DNA of 64,000 bases from a bacterium. Its GTDB lineage: Bacteria; SZUA-182; DTGQ01; JAFGSM01. The stretch covers positions 7,523 through 71,522 of the forward strand of contig JBLIRN010000003.1 in NCBI GenBank assembly GCA_049472315.1. Direction: 5' to 3'. The translations under genes and the position numbers were made by a program. Under the pieces are notes generated by a model. The model saw only the letters and a program-made list of their open reading frames with translations, searched no databases and was not told the origin of the DNA. Of this stretch, positions 43,794 through 53,410 are shown one piece after another (the first letter of the stretch is position 1; each line of letters begins with the position of its first letter).

Positions 43794-45299
43794 TCAATCG
43801 ATCCCGATGATTCTCCCGCTTTTCAGGTGGAGGGTTATCTCGCTATCCGGCATGGGTATGTCATTGATGAGACGGATCGCATCCTGGGGGTCGAAGAGGA
43901 AGGAACCGGCATTCCCATCGGGGGTTCTGCCCAGGCACAGGGTATGGAGATCCCCGAAACGGGCGATCCTTTCGGGAATAAAGGGAATGCGGGCGTCACC
44001 TCCGGGGGCGTAGGCCAGGGCCTCCAGGTAGTGACGATAGAAGGTCAGGTCGGTGATCGATGCGTTCCCTTCCCTGCATGCCGCCTCGGCGACCGCCAGG
44101 GAGACCTCCACCAGGAGACGGTGATCGAAGGGCTTGGGTATTATGTACTGGGGGCCGAACGAAAGGTCGGCATCGGGATACGCCGCCCTGACATGGTCCG
44201 GTGCCTCGAGCCGGGCAACGCCGGCAAGGGATTCGGCCGCCGCTCGTTTCATGGAGGGGCTGATCCGTTTTGCCTGTACGTCCAGCGCCCCCCGGAAGAT
44301 GTAGGGGAATCCCAGCACATTGTTTATCTGGTTGGGGTAGTCCGATCTGCCGGTGGCCATGATGTACGGCCTTTTTCCCATGGCCTCCCTGACCTCCTCG
44401 GGCGTTATCTCCGGATCGGGATTGGCCATGGCGAAGATGGCCGGATAATCGGCCATGGACCGGACCATGGCGGGGGTGACCAGCCGCGGGACGGATACGC
44501 CGATGAACACGTCCGCATTCTGCATGGCGTCCGCAAGGCTCCTCTTCGACGTACTCGCTGCAAAGGCCGTTTTGTAGGGATTCAGGTCGTCACGCCGGTC
44601 GTGGATGACCCCCTTGCTGTCGACCAGCAGGATGCGTCTTACCCCTTCGTTCTTGATGGTTTCGGCGATCCTGATGCCGGCGGCGCCTGCACCGTTGATA
44701 ACCACCGAGAGGTCTTCGAGTGCCTTGTGTGCAAGATACGCATAATTTTTCAAGCCGGCAAGGGTGATAATGGCGGTGCCCCACTGATCGTCATGGAATA
44801 CCGGACAATCGACCCGTTCCTGAAGCTGCTCCTCGACTGCAAAACAGGCAGGGGCGGCGATGTCCTCGAGGTTGATCCCCCCGTACATGCATGCGAGGCT
44901 CGCTGCCGTATCAACCAGCCGCTCCGTGTCCGTCGGGCCGCTGTTCCCTCCTGTTCGGCAATGCTCGAGGGGTACCGGCCAGGCATCGATACGGGCGAAG
45001 AGCTTGAACAGGACCGCCTTCCCCTCCATCACCGGTATGCTCGCCCGGGGGCCGATGTCCCCAAGTCCGAGCACCGCGGTCCCGTCGGTCACCACAGCCA
45101 CGAGATTCCCCCTGGAGGTATACCTGAATATGTCGTCGGGATGCTCCCTGATCGCCAGACATGGCCGGGCCACCCCGGGCGTGTAGGCAATACTCAGGGA
45201 TCGCTGATCGGTGAGTGCCTTGAGGGCCTCCATCCCCACCTTTCCACCGAGGTGGTAGCTGAAGATCTCCTGCTCTGGTATGCGCACTGTCTCGGACAT
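43794..45299 (-). CDS. NAD(P)-dependent malic enzyme without a PTA domain
   Basis: AYTPGVA, VMEGKAVLFK, FHDDQWGTA and GRSDYPNQINN. Confidence 0.92.
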   Translation of the reverse strand: MSETVRIPEQEIFSYHLGGKVGMEALKALTDQRSLSIAYTPGVARPCLAIREHPDDIFRYTSRGNLVAVVTDGTAVLGLGDIGPRASIPVMEGKAVLFKLFARIDAWPVPLEHCRTGGNSGPTDTERLVDTAASLACMYGGINLEDIAAPACFAVEEQLQERVDCPVFHDDQWGTAIITLAGLKNYAYLAHKALEDLSVVINGAGAAGIRIAETIKNEGVRRILLVDSKGVIHDRRDDLNPYKTAFAASTSKRSLADAMQNADVFIGVSVPRLVTPAMVRSMADYPAIFAMANPDPEITPEEVREAMGKRPYIMATGRSDYPNQINNVLGFPYIFRGALDVQAKRISPSMKRAAAESLAGVARLEAPDHVRAAYPDADLSFGPQYIIPKPFDHRLLVEVSLAVAEAACREGNASITDLTFYRHYLEALAYAPGGDARIPFIPERIARFGDLHTLCLGRTPDGNAGSFLFDPQDAIRLINDIPMPDSEITLHLKSGRIIGID

Positions 45300-45458
45300 G
45301 CTGTCAAACTTCCAATAACGGGCGTTCAGCGTATGATTGTGCAAAGGGAGGTGATATATTGGAATCCGCGCCGGAGGCCGTGGAAGGTCGATGCCCCTTT
45401 TGGGCCGGTTCCCTTCGTGACACCGAATAACGAAAGGGCATCAGGTAACATGCGCCTA

Positions 45459-45980
45459 TCACCGGGAACAACTGCAGTTGCGTGAGGGTTTCCCTTGCTG
45501 TGCGGCCTTTGTCTCGACAGGCTGTACACGTGCATCCTCAAAGAATATCGCGGCCTCGTGTTCCGCCTCTTCTTTGGTCCTGGATCGGTGGACCAGATTG
45601 TTGACCGCCCTTTCTTCGGCAATGGAGCGGGCTATGGAGTCGCTGCTCAAGCTGCGGATGGTGCCGGGTTTTGCCTTGGCAGGATCGGTGTCACCGACAA
45701 GGTCAACAAGATCCTCGACAAAATCCTTCTTGTAGGGATAGTCCTCCCTTTCCTCCAGGATAAAGACCTTGATGGGTCTGCCCCTGAAGAAATTCAGGAG
45801 CCGTTCGTAAAAGAATGCCCCCCGATGCATGGCATAGAGCCGCTCGATCCTCCCCATATCGGCAGGGTCAAAGGCTTTGGAGGCGACGATCCGGGCAAGG
45901 GGTTCCACCATGGACATGATCTTTCCCTCCATGGCCATTCCGTCCGGCTTGATCATAAAAAAGATTCTCTGTTTCGGCAT
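45459..45980 (-). CDS. Nucleoside-diphosphate kinase-like protein (paralog 1)
   Basis: MIKPDG, PGTIR and NLVHRS (catalytic His). Confidence 0.82.
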   Translation of the reverse strand: MPKQRIFFMIKPDGMAMEGKIMSMVEPLARIVASKAFDPADMGRIERLYAMHRGAFFYERLLNFFRGRPIKVFILEEREDYPYKKDFVEDLVDLVGDTDPAKAKPGTIRSLSSDSIARSIAEERAVNNLVHRSRTKEEAEHEAAIFFEDARVQPVETKAAQQGKPSRNCSCSR

Positions 45981-45993
45981 GATGTGGTATCCT

Positions 45994-46728
45994 TCAGATG
46001 GTTTTCAGCGCGTACTTGGCAATAATGCTCTTGAGCGGCTGGCTCGGGTTACGGTCGCCGTTTCGGTATTCGACAAGGTCCTGATAGTCGCTCTTCCAGA
46101 CGAGGTTCCCGGGTGCGATGATGCACTTGCTCCCCTCCACATAGGATGACGTTATCTTAATCCCCTGCTCGGCAAGGGGGTCGGGGAGGATGTAGAAGTG
46201 CTCCCGTGATTCTTGATAGGGGAAGAGGCGGTGCTGGAAGGGAAACTCCCCCGGTTCGAACCAGAGCTTTATCTCCCGTTCTGCCTCCTGTGGATTCCCC
46301 GATGCGTGAACGGCGTTATCGATGAGTTCCTCCTGGTCCACGGAATAATCCGTGTAGCTGAGCTGTGAACGCAGGGTAATGATCCCCTCGGTCTTTGCCA
46401 GTATCTTGCAGTCCCTCGGTTTCGTGGGACCGAAGTATTCCTTGATCCCCTGGACGATCCCGGGGGCCTCATAGGTGATGGCTACGACCCTCCTCTTTTC
46501 AGGCTGGGTGGGATAGTGCAGTTCTCCCATGATGTACTTGATGGTGGCTTCAAAAAAGGGCTTTCCCTGGATATTGGCGTAGTGTGCCTCTGCGAGCTCT
46601 CTGGTGACGCGGACCACCTTGGCGGCTGCAATGACCGGGTTGAGGACCGCCGATACCCGCTCGATGATGAATCCGGTCAGTGAATAGAGGAGGGCGTCGG
46701 GCTTTATCAGGACCAGTGTCTGCTGCAT
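45994..46728 (-). CDS. Nucleoside-diphosphate kinase-like protein (paralog 2, C-terminally extended)
   Basis: TLVLIKPDA, AEAHY...KPFF and NAVHASG...EREIKLWF. Confidence 0.85.
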   Translation of the reverse strand: MQQTLVLIKPDALLYSLTGFIIERVSAVLNPVIAAAKVVRVTRELAEAHYANIQGKPFFEATIKYIMGELHYPTQPEKRRVVAITYEAPGIVQGIKEYFGPTKPRDCKILAKTEGIITLRSQLSYTDYSVDQEELIDNAVHASGNPQEAEREIKLWFEPGEFPFQHRLFPYQESREHFYILPDPLAEQGIKITSSYVEGSKCIIAPGNLVWKSDYQDLVEYRNGDRNPSQPLKSIIAKYALKTI

Positions 46729-47160
46729 CTTTCGCTCTTTAAGCAAGGAAAAGCTCATGCTTCGTTACATATCATAAATGTTGTCGGGATATACTCCCAG
46801 AGTCCGGAGGGATTCCACCACTCCGCGAAAACGAAATTGCGCGTTATTATAGTGGATTGCCTGACAAAGATCAAGGTTTGCTCCCCCCTGTGTCAAAAAA
46901 GACATCTTTCATTTCCTCCTGATTATTTGTAGAATTAATGGCATATCCGGATTGTAAAAGCTGGAAGCCTAAAGGCAGTGAGCAACCGATTCCTCACGCC
47001 CTCTTGCATGGCCTTGCCCGTGATTCCAAGGCTCAAGATCACGGATAAGGGCCTCCTCCATGTGGATCGAAAAGATTACAGCATGCGGAGAATCGCTGTA
47101 CCGGCAGTCTTTGGGAGGCACCTGCCCCATAAGCCACTATTGACAAAGGCGATTAGCTTC

Positions 47161-48033
47161 ATGAGCGATGTGCTTCATATCACGAGCGGCGACTGCGCAG
47201 GGGGCAGCCTGTCAAGGTCGGGCATTTCCGGGGAGGTGTTCGTATGGCACGACATCCTCTACGACGGCCCCCGAAACCCCGGCTGGCCCGATGGGGACAC
47301 CCTCGATGCCCGTGCACGGTTCCTTGAGCAGGCAACCGGCGGCGGACTGGACCGGGAGTATGTTCTGAACACACTGAACGGCCAATACCGAAAGCTCGCG
47401 GAGGCAGCAGGCTACGACCGCATCGTCCTGTGGTTTGACGCGTGCCTGTTCGATCAGTCCATGCTCGCGCACATCCTGACATGCCTGATTCACCAGGACA
47501 TCCAGAGGGCGGAGCTTCTCTGTGTGGATGCATTTCCCGGAATCGTACCATTCAACGGGCTTGGCCAGCTACAACCCTCTCAGTTTGCATCGCTGTATGA
47601 CCGCAGACGCCCGGTCACGGATTCCCAGTTCAGGTTTGCCGTGGTCGTGGACAGGGCATTTGCCACGCAGGATTCAGCGCTGTTTTCCGAATTGGCAAAA
47701 GGGACTAATGCACCCTTGCCATGGGTCCCCTCGGCAGTTCAGCGATGGCTTCAGGAAAAGCCGGACCCGGCAACCGGACTGGGCCGGCTGGAGCATCTTG
47801 CCCTGGAGGCTATCCGTAGCGGCTGTGATACGCCGGGCGCAATCTTCTCATCCGTGGCAGCGGCTGATACGCCTCCGCAATTCTGGGCAGACATCACATT
47901 GTGGGCGAAGATCAATGCACTGGCGGACCGCACCCCCCCGCTTGTGCGGATCGAAGGTCCGGCTGAAAGGCTGCCCCAATGGGAGAGCACGGTGGAGTTG
48001 AATAGCTTCAGGATCAGGAGCCTGCCGGACTAG
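47161..48033 (+). CDS. DUF1835-like protein
   Basis: LHITSGDCAG, WHDILYDGP and IVLWFDACLFDQ. Confidence 0.7.
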   Translation: MSDVLHITSGDCAGGSLSRSGISGEVFVWHDILYDGPRNPGWPDGDTLDARARFLEQATGGGLDREYVLNTLNGQYRKLAEAAGYDRIVLWFDACLFDQSMLAHILTCLIHQDIQRAELLCVDAFPGIVPFNGLGQLQPSQFASLYDRRRPVTDSQFRFAVVVDRAFATQDSALFSELAKGTNAPLPWVPSAVQRWLQEKPDPATGLGRLEHLALEAIRSGCDTPGAIFSSVAAADTPPQFWADITLWAKINALADRTPPLVRIEGPAERLPQWESTVELNSFRIRSLPD

Positions 48034-48049
48034 CCGGAAGCGGAAGGAC

Positions 48050-49360
48050 CTATCTCAGGTAGGAAAGCTCCTTGGGCAGGGGTTGATCCTTCCCCATGGT
48101 ATCCTCGCCGTAATTGACGCTCGCCAGGATCTTCAGGTCCTCAAGCGTCCTCTTATCACCGACGAAGGTCACCTTTTGTATGTTGTCCCTGGCGAGCTTC
48201 CCCCCTGCCCAGGTGATGCTCAGGATGCTGCTTGCATCGAACCGGTCCTCGCCCACATACATGGATACCTCCGAACCGTAGTGATTGACGATCTTCGCCA
48301 CCAGGGTGGCCGGCCTGAGGTGAAAACCGAGGTTTCTGGGGATGGGTAATTCTATGGAACCCTTGGAGGTGTAATCCTCCAGGAGTTCTTCGGCCAGGTT
48401 CTTCCCGTAGGCCACGAACTTTCTGCAATAGTACAAGGCCCAGGTGACGATATAGTCAAGGATGCATTCCGTCTGCATCTCCCTGTGTATCTCCTGATGG
48501 ATCTTCGGATGACGTTCGTAAAAATGCGTCCATGCCCGGGCCGCCTCCAGGAGCAACAGCGGAATGGAGATATAATTCCGCAGATGTGACAGCCGGGGAT
48601 CCTTGTCCTCACGGGATCGGTCATTGACATAGGTGTCATAGACGGATTCGAGGTTGTGCATCTCCAATTCAAAACTCCGGATGCATTCCTCGTTGATCAC
48701 ATCCGGGACGATCTGTTTTATTTTTTTAACCTTTTGTTTATCGGTGTGACAGGCGACCGGGTCAAAGTTTTGGGCAAGGTTCTGGTAGAGGGAGCAGATC
48801 TTCGCGATATCCTTCTCTTCGTTGCCGTAAAATGTCCGCACCTTGGTAATCGGAAGGGGAAGGTGTTCCAGAGAGATATTCTCCTCAACCGGATCGAAAT
48901 TTTTTGGGGAAGGCTGGATGCCGAGCTCCCGGGCCCGCAGCAGCAGTTTCTTGAAGATATAGGTAAGGGCCTTTTCGTGGAAATGCCGGACCTGCTCCAA
49001 CCGGCGGAAGAATTCCGTAAAATCCTTCAGCTCGATGCTGTCCGGGGGATATCGTTTTTGAATGAAGACGATCAGATACCCGGTCTGTCCAAATCCCCGG
49101 GCAGTGGCCACGAGTTCCCTGAAATAGAACCAGCGCTTATTTCGCCGCGCACCATGATCATCCAAAAAATCCTCCAACATCCGTGCATTGGCGATGAGCA
49201 TGCTCAGGAATGCCCTGCTGCGGATCATACGTTCGGGATTCACCCCTTCGACGACCATGCATTGGCTCAAGAGACCGTGGGCATATTCCTCGGCGAGGGT
49301 ACGAAACCTCTTATGGGGAAAGCCAGTTTTTGGCCGGGAGGTTGTGTCGGTCGATTTCAT
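48050..49360 (-). CDS. Large protein with a C-terminal HPr phosphocarrier domain
   Basis: GFHLRPATLVAKIV and DASSILSI motifs follow a ~335-aa N-terminal region. Confidence 0.85.
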   Translation of the reverse strand: MKSTDTTSRPKTGFPHKRFRTLAEEYAHGLLSQCMVVEGVNPERMIRSRAFLSMLIANARMLEDFLDDHGARRNKRWFYFRELVATARGFGQTGYLIVFIQKRYPPDSIELKDFTEFFRRLEQVRHFHEKALTYIFKKLLLRARELGIQPSPKNFDPVEENISLEHLPLPITKVRTFYGNEEKDIAKICSLYQNLAQNFDPVACHTDKQKVKKIKQIVPDVINEECIRSFELEMHNLESVYDTYVNDRSREDKDPRLSHLRNYISIPLLLLEAARAWTHFYERHPKIHQEIHREMQTECILDYIVTWALYYCRKFVAYGKNLAEELLEDYTSKGSIELPIPRNLGFHLRPATLVAKIVNHYGSEVSMYVGEDRFDASSILSITWAGGKLARDNIQKVTFVGDKRTLEDLKILASVNYGEDTMGKDQPLPKELSYLR

Positions 49361-49744
49361 ATCCCACTACCTATGTAACGCCAAAGTTTCACTGTCGTGT
49401 CAGAGGGAGTGAACCCTTTGTAATATCCAGCAGGTGGGAGGAGAATCCATAGTATCATTCTTATTATTGTATACCATAAATGACATACAGGCAATTTTTT
49501 GACTCATGGATCGATACAAGAGGGGTTCGTATGCCGTTGATGGATTGTTCGAAATAATCCGTGGTGAAACAATGGGATAACGTATATCATGCATTATAAG
49601 GGATAGGGCATGATTGCCGCACAATGGGAAGAGGCCGTCTTCCACCGGCCCTGTCGTAAGGGGCAGCATGTTTTTTATGGTGTCAGACGGCCTCATTCCA
49701 TCCGCTGCTGTCAATGTGAAAGAACGTCTATTACATCAGAAGAG

Positions 49745-50299
49745 CTACAGCCCCCATATCTGTGCGGCCGTCAGCAGGCTTGCCAATGGGATGCCGAAGT
49801 TCGCAGTGGGATAGGTCGCGAGGAATGAGAGATTTCCCTGCCCCACGAATGGACCGAACGTAGCGAGGTCCGTGGGGGGAAGAAGCCCGAAATCCACAGG
49901 GAGAGTCAGGGGTGCAGGCAGTCCAGTGAGGGAATCGAGAAGATTCGACGGGGGCCATGGATTGAGACCGAAATAGGGATCGAAGTAGGTTATGCCGCCT
50001 CCCAGTATCCCGGGGATATTGTACAGAAGCCACGGAAATTGACGCGCAGGATTCCATACGAGGCCCGGTTGAACAGGCAGGCTGGTGCCGGCGGTCAATT
50101 GGGAAATCAGGGGGGTCGCAAGACCGGTGACCGCATCGACCGGAGAAAGTGCAGGAGACCAGAGCGGCCAGAGAAGATTATACGGGGGAAGGGCGGACCA
50201 GTACTGGGCGCGTGCCGATGGCGCGCTGATGAGCACCACAGCCATTAGGATTACAAGTGTCATTACCCCCCATTTCAAAATGTTTATTTTTCCAAACAT
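49745..50299 (-). CDS. Secreted Pro/Leu/aromatic-rich protein
   Basis: GGAGG SD; signal peptide ending ARA-Q; the mature part is almost uncharged (YWSALPPYNLLWPLWSP...). Confidence 0.75.
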   Translation of the reverse strand: MFGKINILKWGVMTLVILMAVVLISAPSARAQYWSALPPYNLLWPLWSPALSPVDAVTGLATPLISQLTAGTSLPVQPGLVWNPARQFPWLLYNIPGILGGGITYFDPYFGLNPWPPSNLLDSLTGLPAPLTLPVDFGLLPPTDLATFGPFVGQGNLSFLATYPTANFGIPLASLLTAAQIWGL

Positions 50300-50642
50300 G
50301 GCAAACCTCCTAAATGCAAAAAAAAACGTGGACACTGCAAAACGGATCTCATGTAAGGCGCAATTCAGGTGTGTTTAAACGAACTGCTTATACCTCCTTG
50401 TGGAACGAACCGACAGGTGTTAAAAGGATGCCTTATACCGGATGGTTACTTCTCACCTCCCTTCGTCTCGATTCATCCAACAGGCTTCTGGAAAGGGAGC
50501 GCCTTCTGTGTGCATGACGGTTTGAAACACCACCCCTCACGCCGACAATCGTAGGGTATGTAAGGACTGCCGAGTCCATGCGGGGAATCGGTACAATTCC
50601 CTTCATAGTCATTGCTGGGGAAAAACCTTTTATTTACTATAA

Positions 50643-50671
50643 ATTTTAACAAGGGCGGCACAAAATGTAAA
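50643..50671 (-). promoter_or_regulatory. sigma70-type promoter
   Basis: TTTACA-N17-TAAAAT with a TG extension on the minus strand. Confidence 0.55.
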
Positions 50672-50710
50672 GGGAATGGGGTGGATTCCGGGGGCATTGC
50701 CAGCAGGGGA

Positions 50711-53410
50711 TCAGTCCACTCGCACCTTGAATTTGAGATCAGCGTATGGGGCGGGCGGGGTGCTGCTCCCCTGGAAGGTGCCCTTGGGCGAAACCCTGAT
50801 ATGGGAGACATTCCCGTCAAATCCGTGGGCATCCGGGGAGGGCACATAGGTGTATGTTGCACCCCCGTCGCCGGAGAAGTCGATATCATCCGTGGTGCTC
50901 TCCAGGCTGGTAAACGTATAGGTCAGGCCGCTTGGGGCCGTCCCGTCCAGAAAAAGGAGAGGCCCCGAGCCGGGGACGTCAATATCATTCACAAACAGGG
51001 ATGCATGTTCGGGGATGGGGTCTATGATCACCATCGTGTCGTCGTCGACAGGGCATATCCCCTGATTGGTGATGGTAATCGTATAGAGCATGGTTGCGCC
51101 GGGGATCGCCTTGGGATTGACATTTTCGTTGTACGGATCCGAAAGGGTGTGGACGCTTTTCATGACCAGGAGCTCCGGAGCGCCGACAAGGAACGTGCAG
51201 ACATATTCGTCGTTCACCAGGCCTTCTGTCCCTTCCATGGCCCTGATGATCGCCTGCCAGGTCCCGGTGGGCCATGAAGGCAGTTCGTATTGATATTCAT
51301 ACACTGCGTCCGATCCCCCTGAATCGAAAACCTCCGGTATGGGGGCGTCGGCAATGACGATGAAATTCTCCGGATCGATTATGGTGACGGTGGCGCCGCT
51401 TATATCGAAGCTTCCGAAGGGATCACCCACCAGTGCCCTGATGTGCACTGGGGAGCCGGGGAGGAAACATTGCGGAGCACCCCCTCCGGGATAGGGTGCA
51501 TCATATGCCCCTGCGGTATGGATATCGATGACCGTGGCGGCATTCAGGTCAACCCGTGAGGTGGCCCCTTCATAGGAGGGATACACATATACGGAATAGT
51601 AATAGGAAGAGGATTCGTTGGTCACGGTCAAGGTGATCTGCGAGCCCGGCAGGAGGGTGACTTCGGAGGGCAGGGATACATTGAAGACGATTTCGGTGGT
51701 CCCCCACATGCTTACGGTCCGGGTGACCGGGTCCCCGATGGGACCGGATGTGGCACCGGTTGAGGCAAGCGCCACGGTGAGGGTCCGGGAGCTTCCATAG
51801 TAATTACGGCGTATCCAGAGCCTCACCGGATGAAGCCCCGCGGCGAGGGTGAGCGGGGCTGCGGTCGCCGGCGTCATCTCCCATTGAACTGACCCCCCGT
51901 TTCCTGCAATGTACACCGATCCCGGAGACCCCTGGGGTGGGGTCCTGGAAAGCTCAAGCCCCGGGCTTCCATACAGATACAGCGGCTTATTGGCGGCGTC
52001 AAGGCCGAATACCGCGGTGGGGTCGCTGCTGGTGTTGTTGCCGGCAATATTATCGAAGGTGGGGCTGGAGACCGTTGCCGCATTCGTGACCTGCGGAACA
52101 GCCGAAGATTCAACGGAAACGGTCAGTGTTATGGGAGGCAATCCCTCACCTTCGGGCAGCGGGCCGGGATGCGACCAGGTGATGACCGGCAATGCGGATG
52201 TGTCCGCCGTCCATCCGGTGCCCGAGCTTGTAACATAATCAAGACCCGCGGGCAGGGCATCGCTCACCATAATGGTGCCCTCCGCATCATGGGGACCGTT
52301 GTTGCTGACGATAATGGTATACGTGCCGTTTTCCCCCACGGTGAAACTCCCCGCATGATTCTTGGTAATCGCAAGATCCGCCACCGGGGTGTTGGTCACC
52401 GAGACGATCTCCGCGCTCAGGAGCACCATGTCCTCACCCGAGCGGTATATGGTGGTGGCCGAGGTGTCGCCTGCATGCAGATAGGCGCTGATATCGTATG
52501 TGTCGATATCCACGCCGTAGCTGTTGTCCACACCCAGGCTGTTTATCGTGGAGTTGAACTGGTTGTGGATGGGATTGAGGCCGTCCGTGAGCAGATTCCC
52601 ATTGAGGATGAGGCTCTCCGTATAGCCGTACAAGGGATTTGAATTCTCCTCGTCCCCCTCCCAGCTTATGTGTGCATGCTTCCCCTCTATGGGCAGATCC
52701 GGGATGCGGAAGTTGCCCGGGGTCAGGATGATCTGGTTGCCCCAGTAGTACTGGAATCCGTCAAACAGGTTGATGACCCGGAAGTACTCCCCGGGATGCT
52801 CAAACACGACCACCAGTGACCAGCCCGCCACAACGCCCTGACTGTTGCAATGGGGGGAGCCGGTGTTGACACTCAGGTCTCCGAAGGAATAGGTCCCGTT
52901 CCCTTTTGCGGCAACGATCGCGGTGACATCGGCAAAACCGCAGAAATAGTCATAGTTTGTCCCTGAGAAGCGGAATCTCTCGGTGAAGGTGCGATCTGCG
53001 GTCAGGCTATACGATTCAAAGGTTATGTCATAATCGGGGGTTCGCTGCGTTGATCCCCTCCGGTCGGCGAATGATCCCGCCCAGTAAAGATATGCCGCCC
53101 TGATCACCGCGCCGGAAGGTATACCGAAAAGGGGGGCAGAGCCGTGGTCTGTCACTGCGCAGGCATTGACCGGATTGGGCTGTGTCCTCAATGTCCCCCC
53201 GGTGCAGGTGAAATCTATATTCCCGGCAAAGCTTCGGTACAATGTCACCGGTGTTCCCGCATTCACCGGGCCTGTGCCCGTCAGAAAGAGGAATAAAAAA
53301 AGAAAAAGGGGGATGCTCGTGCATGCGATAAGGCCCTTCCGTATACATATTCTCCTCCGAACGATCCGGATCATTACAGGGTCATCTCCCTGTGAAGGCA
53401 TTCCCCTCAT
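50711..53410 (-). CDS. DUF11-domain surface protein, putative tip adhesin
   Basis: Hydrophobic signal; N-terminal AYLYWAG/GWSLVVV domain; a complete internal DUF11-like domain (DLAITK...VTNAATV); a truncated C-terminal one. Start at 53410 (ATGA overlap) or 53374. Confidence 0.8.
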   Translation of the reverse strand: MRGMPSQGDDPVMIRIVRRRICIRKGLIACTSIPLFLFLFLFLTGTGPVNAGTPVTLYRSFAGNIDFTCTGGTLRTQPNPVNACAVTDHGSAPLFGIPSGAVIRAAYLYWAGSFADRRGSTQRTPDYDITFESYSLTADRTFTERFRFSGTNYDYFCGFADVTAIVAAKGNGTYSFGDLSVNTGSPHCNSQGVVAGWSLVVVFEHPGEYFRVINLFDGFQYYWGNQIILTPGNFRIPDLPIEGKHAHISWEGDEENSNPLYGYTESLILNGNLLTDGLNPIHNQFNSTINSLGVDNSYGVDIDTYDISAYLHAGDTSATTIYRSGEDMVLLSAEIVSVTNTPVADLAITKNHAGSFTVGENGTYTIIVSNNGPHDAEGTIMVSDALPAGLDYVTSSGTGWTADTSALPVITWSHPGPLPEGEGLPPITLTVSVESSAVPQVTNAATVSSPTFDNIAGNNTSSDPTAVFGLDAANKPLYLYGSPGLELSRTPPQGSPGSVYIAGNGGSVQWEMTPATAAPLTLAAGLHPVRLWIRRNYYGSSRTLTVALASTGATSGPIGDPVTRTVSMWGTTEIVFNVSLPSEVTLLPGSQITLTVTNESSSYYYSVYVYPSYEGATSRVDLNAATVIDIHTAGAYDAPYPGGGAPQCFLPGSPVHIRALVGDPFGSFDISGATVTIIDPENFIVIADAPIPEVFDSGGSDAVYEYQYELPSWPTGTWQAIIRAMEGTEGLVNDEYVCTFLVGAPELLVMKSVHTLSDPYNENVNPKAIPGATMLYTITITNQGICPVDDDTMVIIDPIPEHASLFVNDIDVPGSGPLLFLDGTAPSGLTYTFTSLESTTDDIDFSGDGGATYTYVPSPDAHGFDGNVSHIRVSPKGTFQGSSTPPAPYADLKFKVRVD

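Noticed and set aside
45344-45430. Strong SD (AAGGGAGGTGA) plus a TTG-started 23-codon ORF on the plus strand
   Set aside because: Lies antisense between co-oriented minus-strand genes, with no promoter or homology support.
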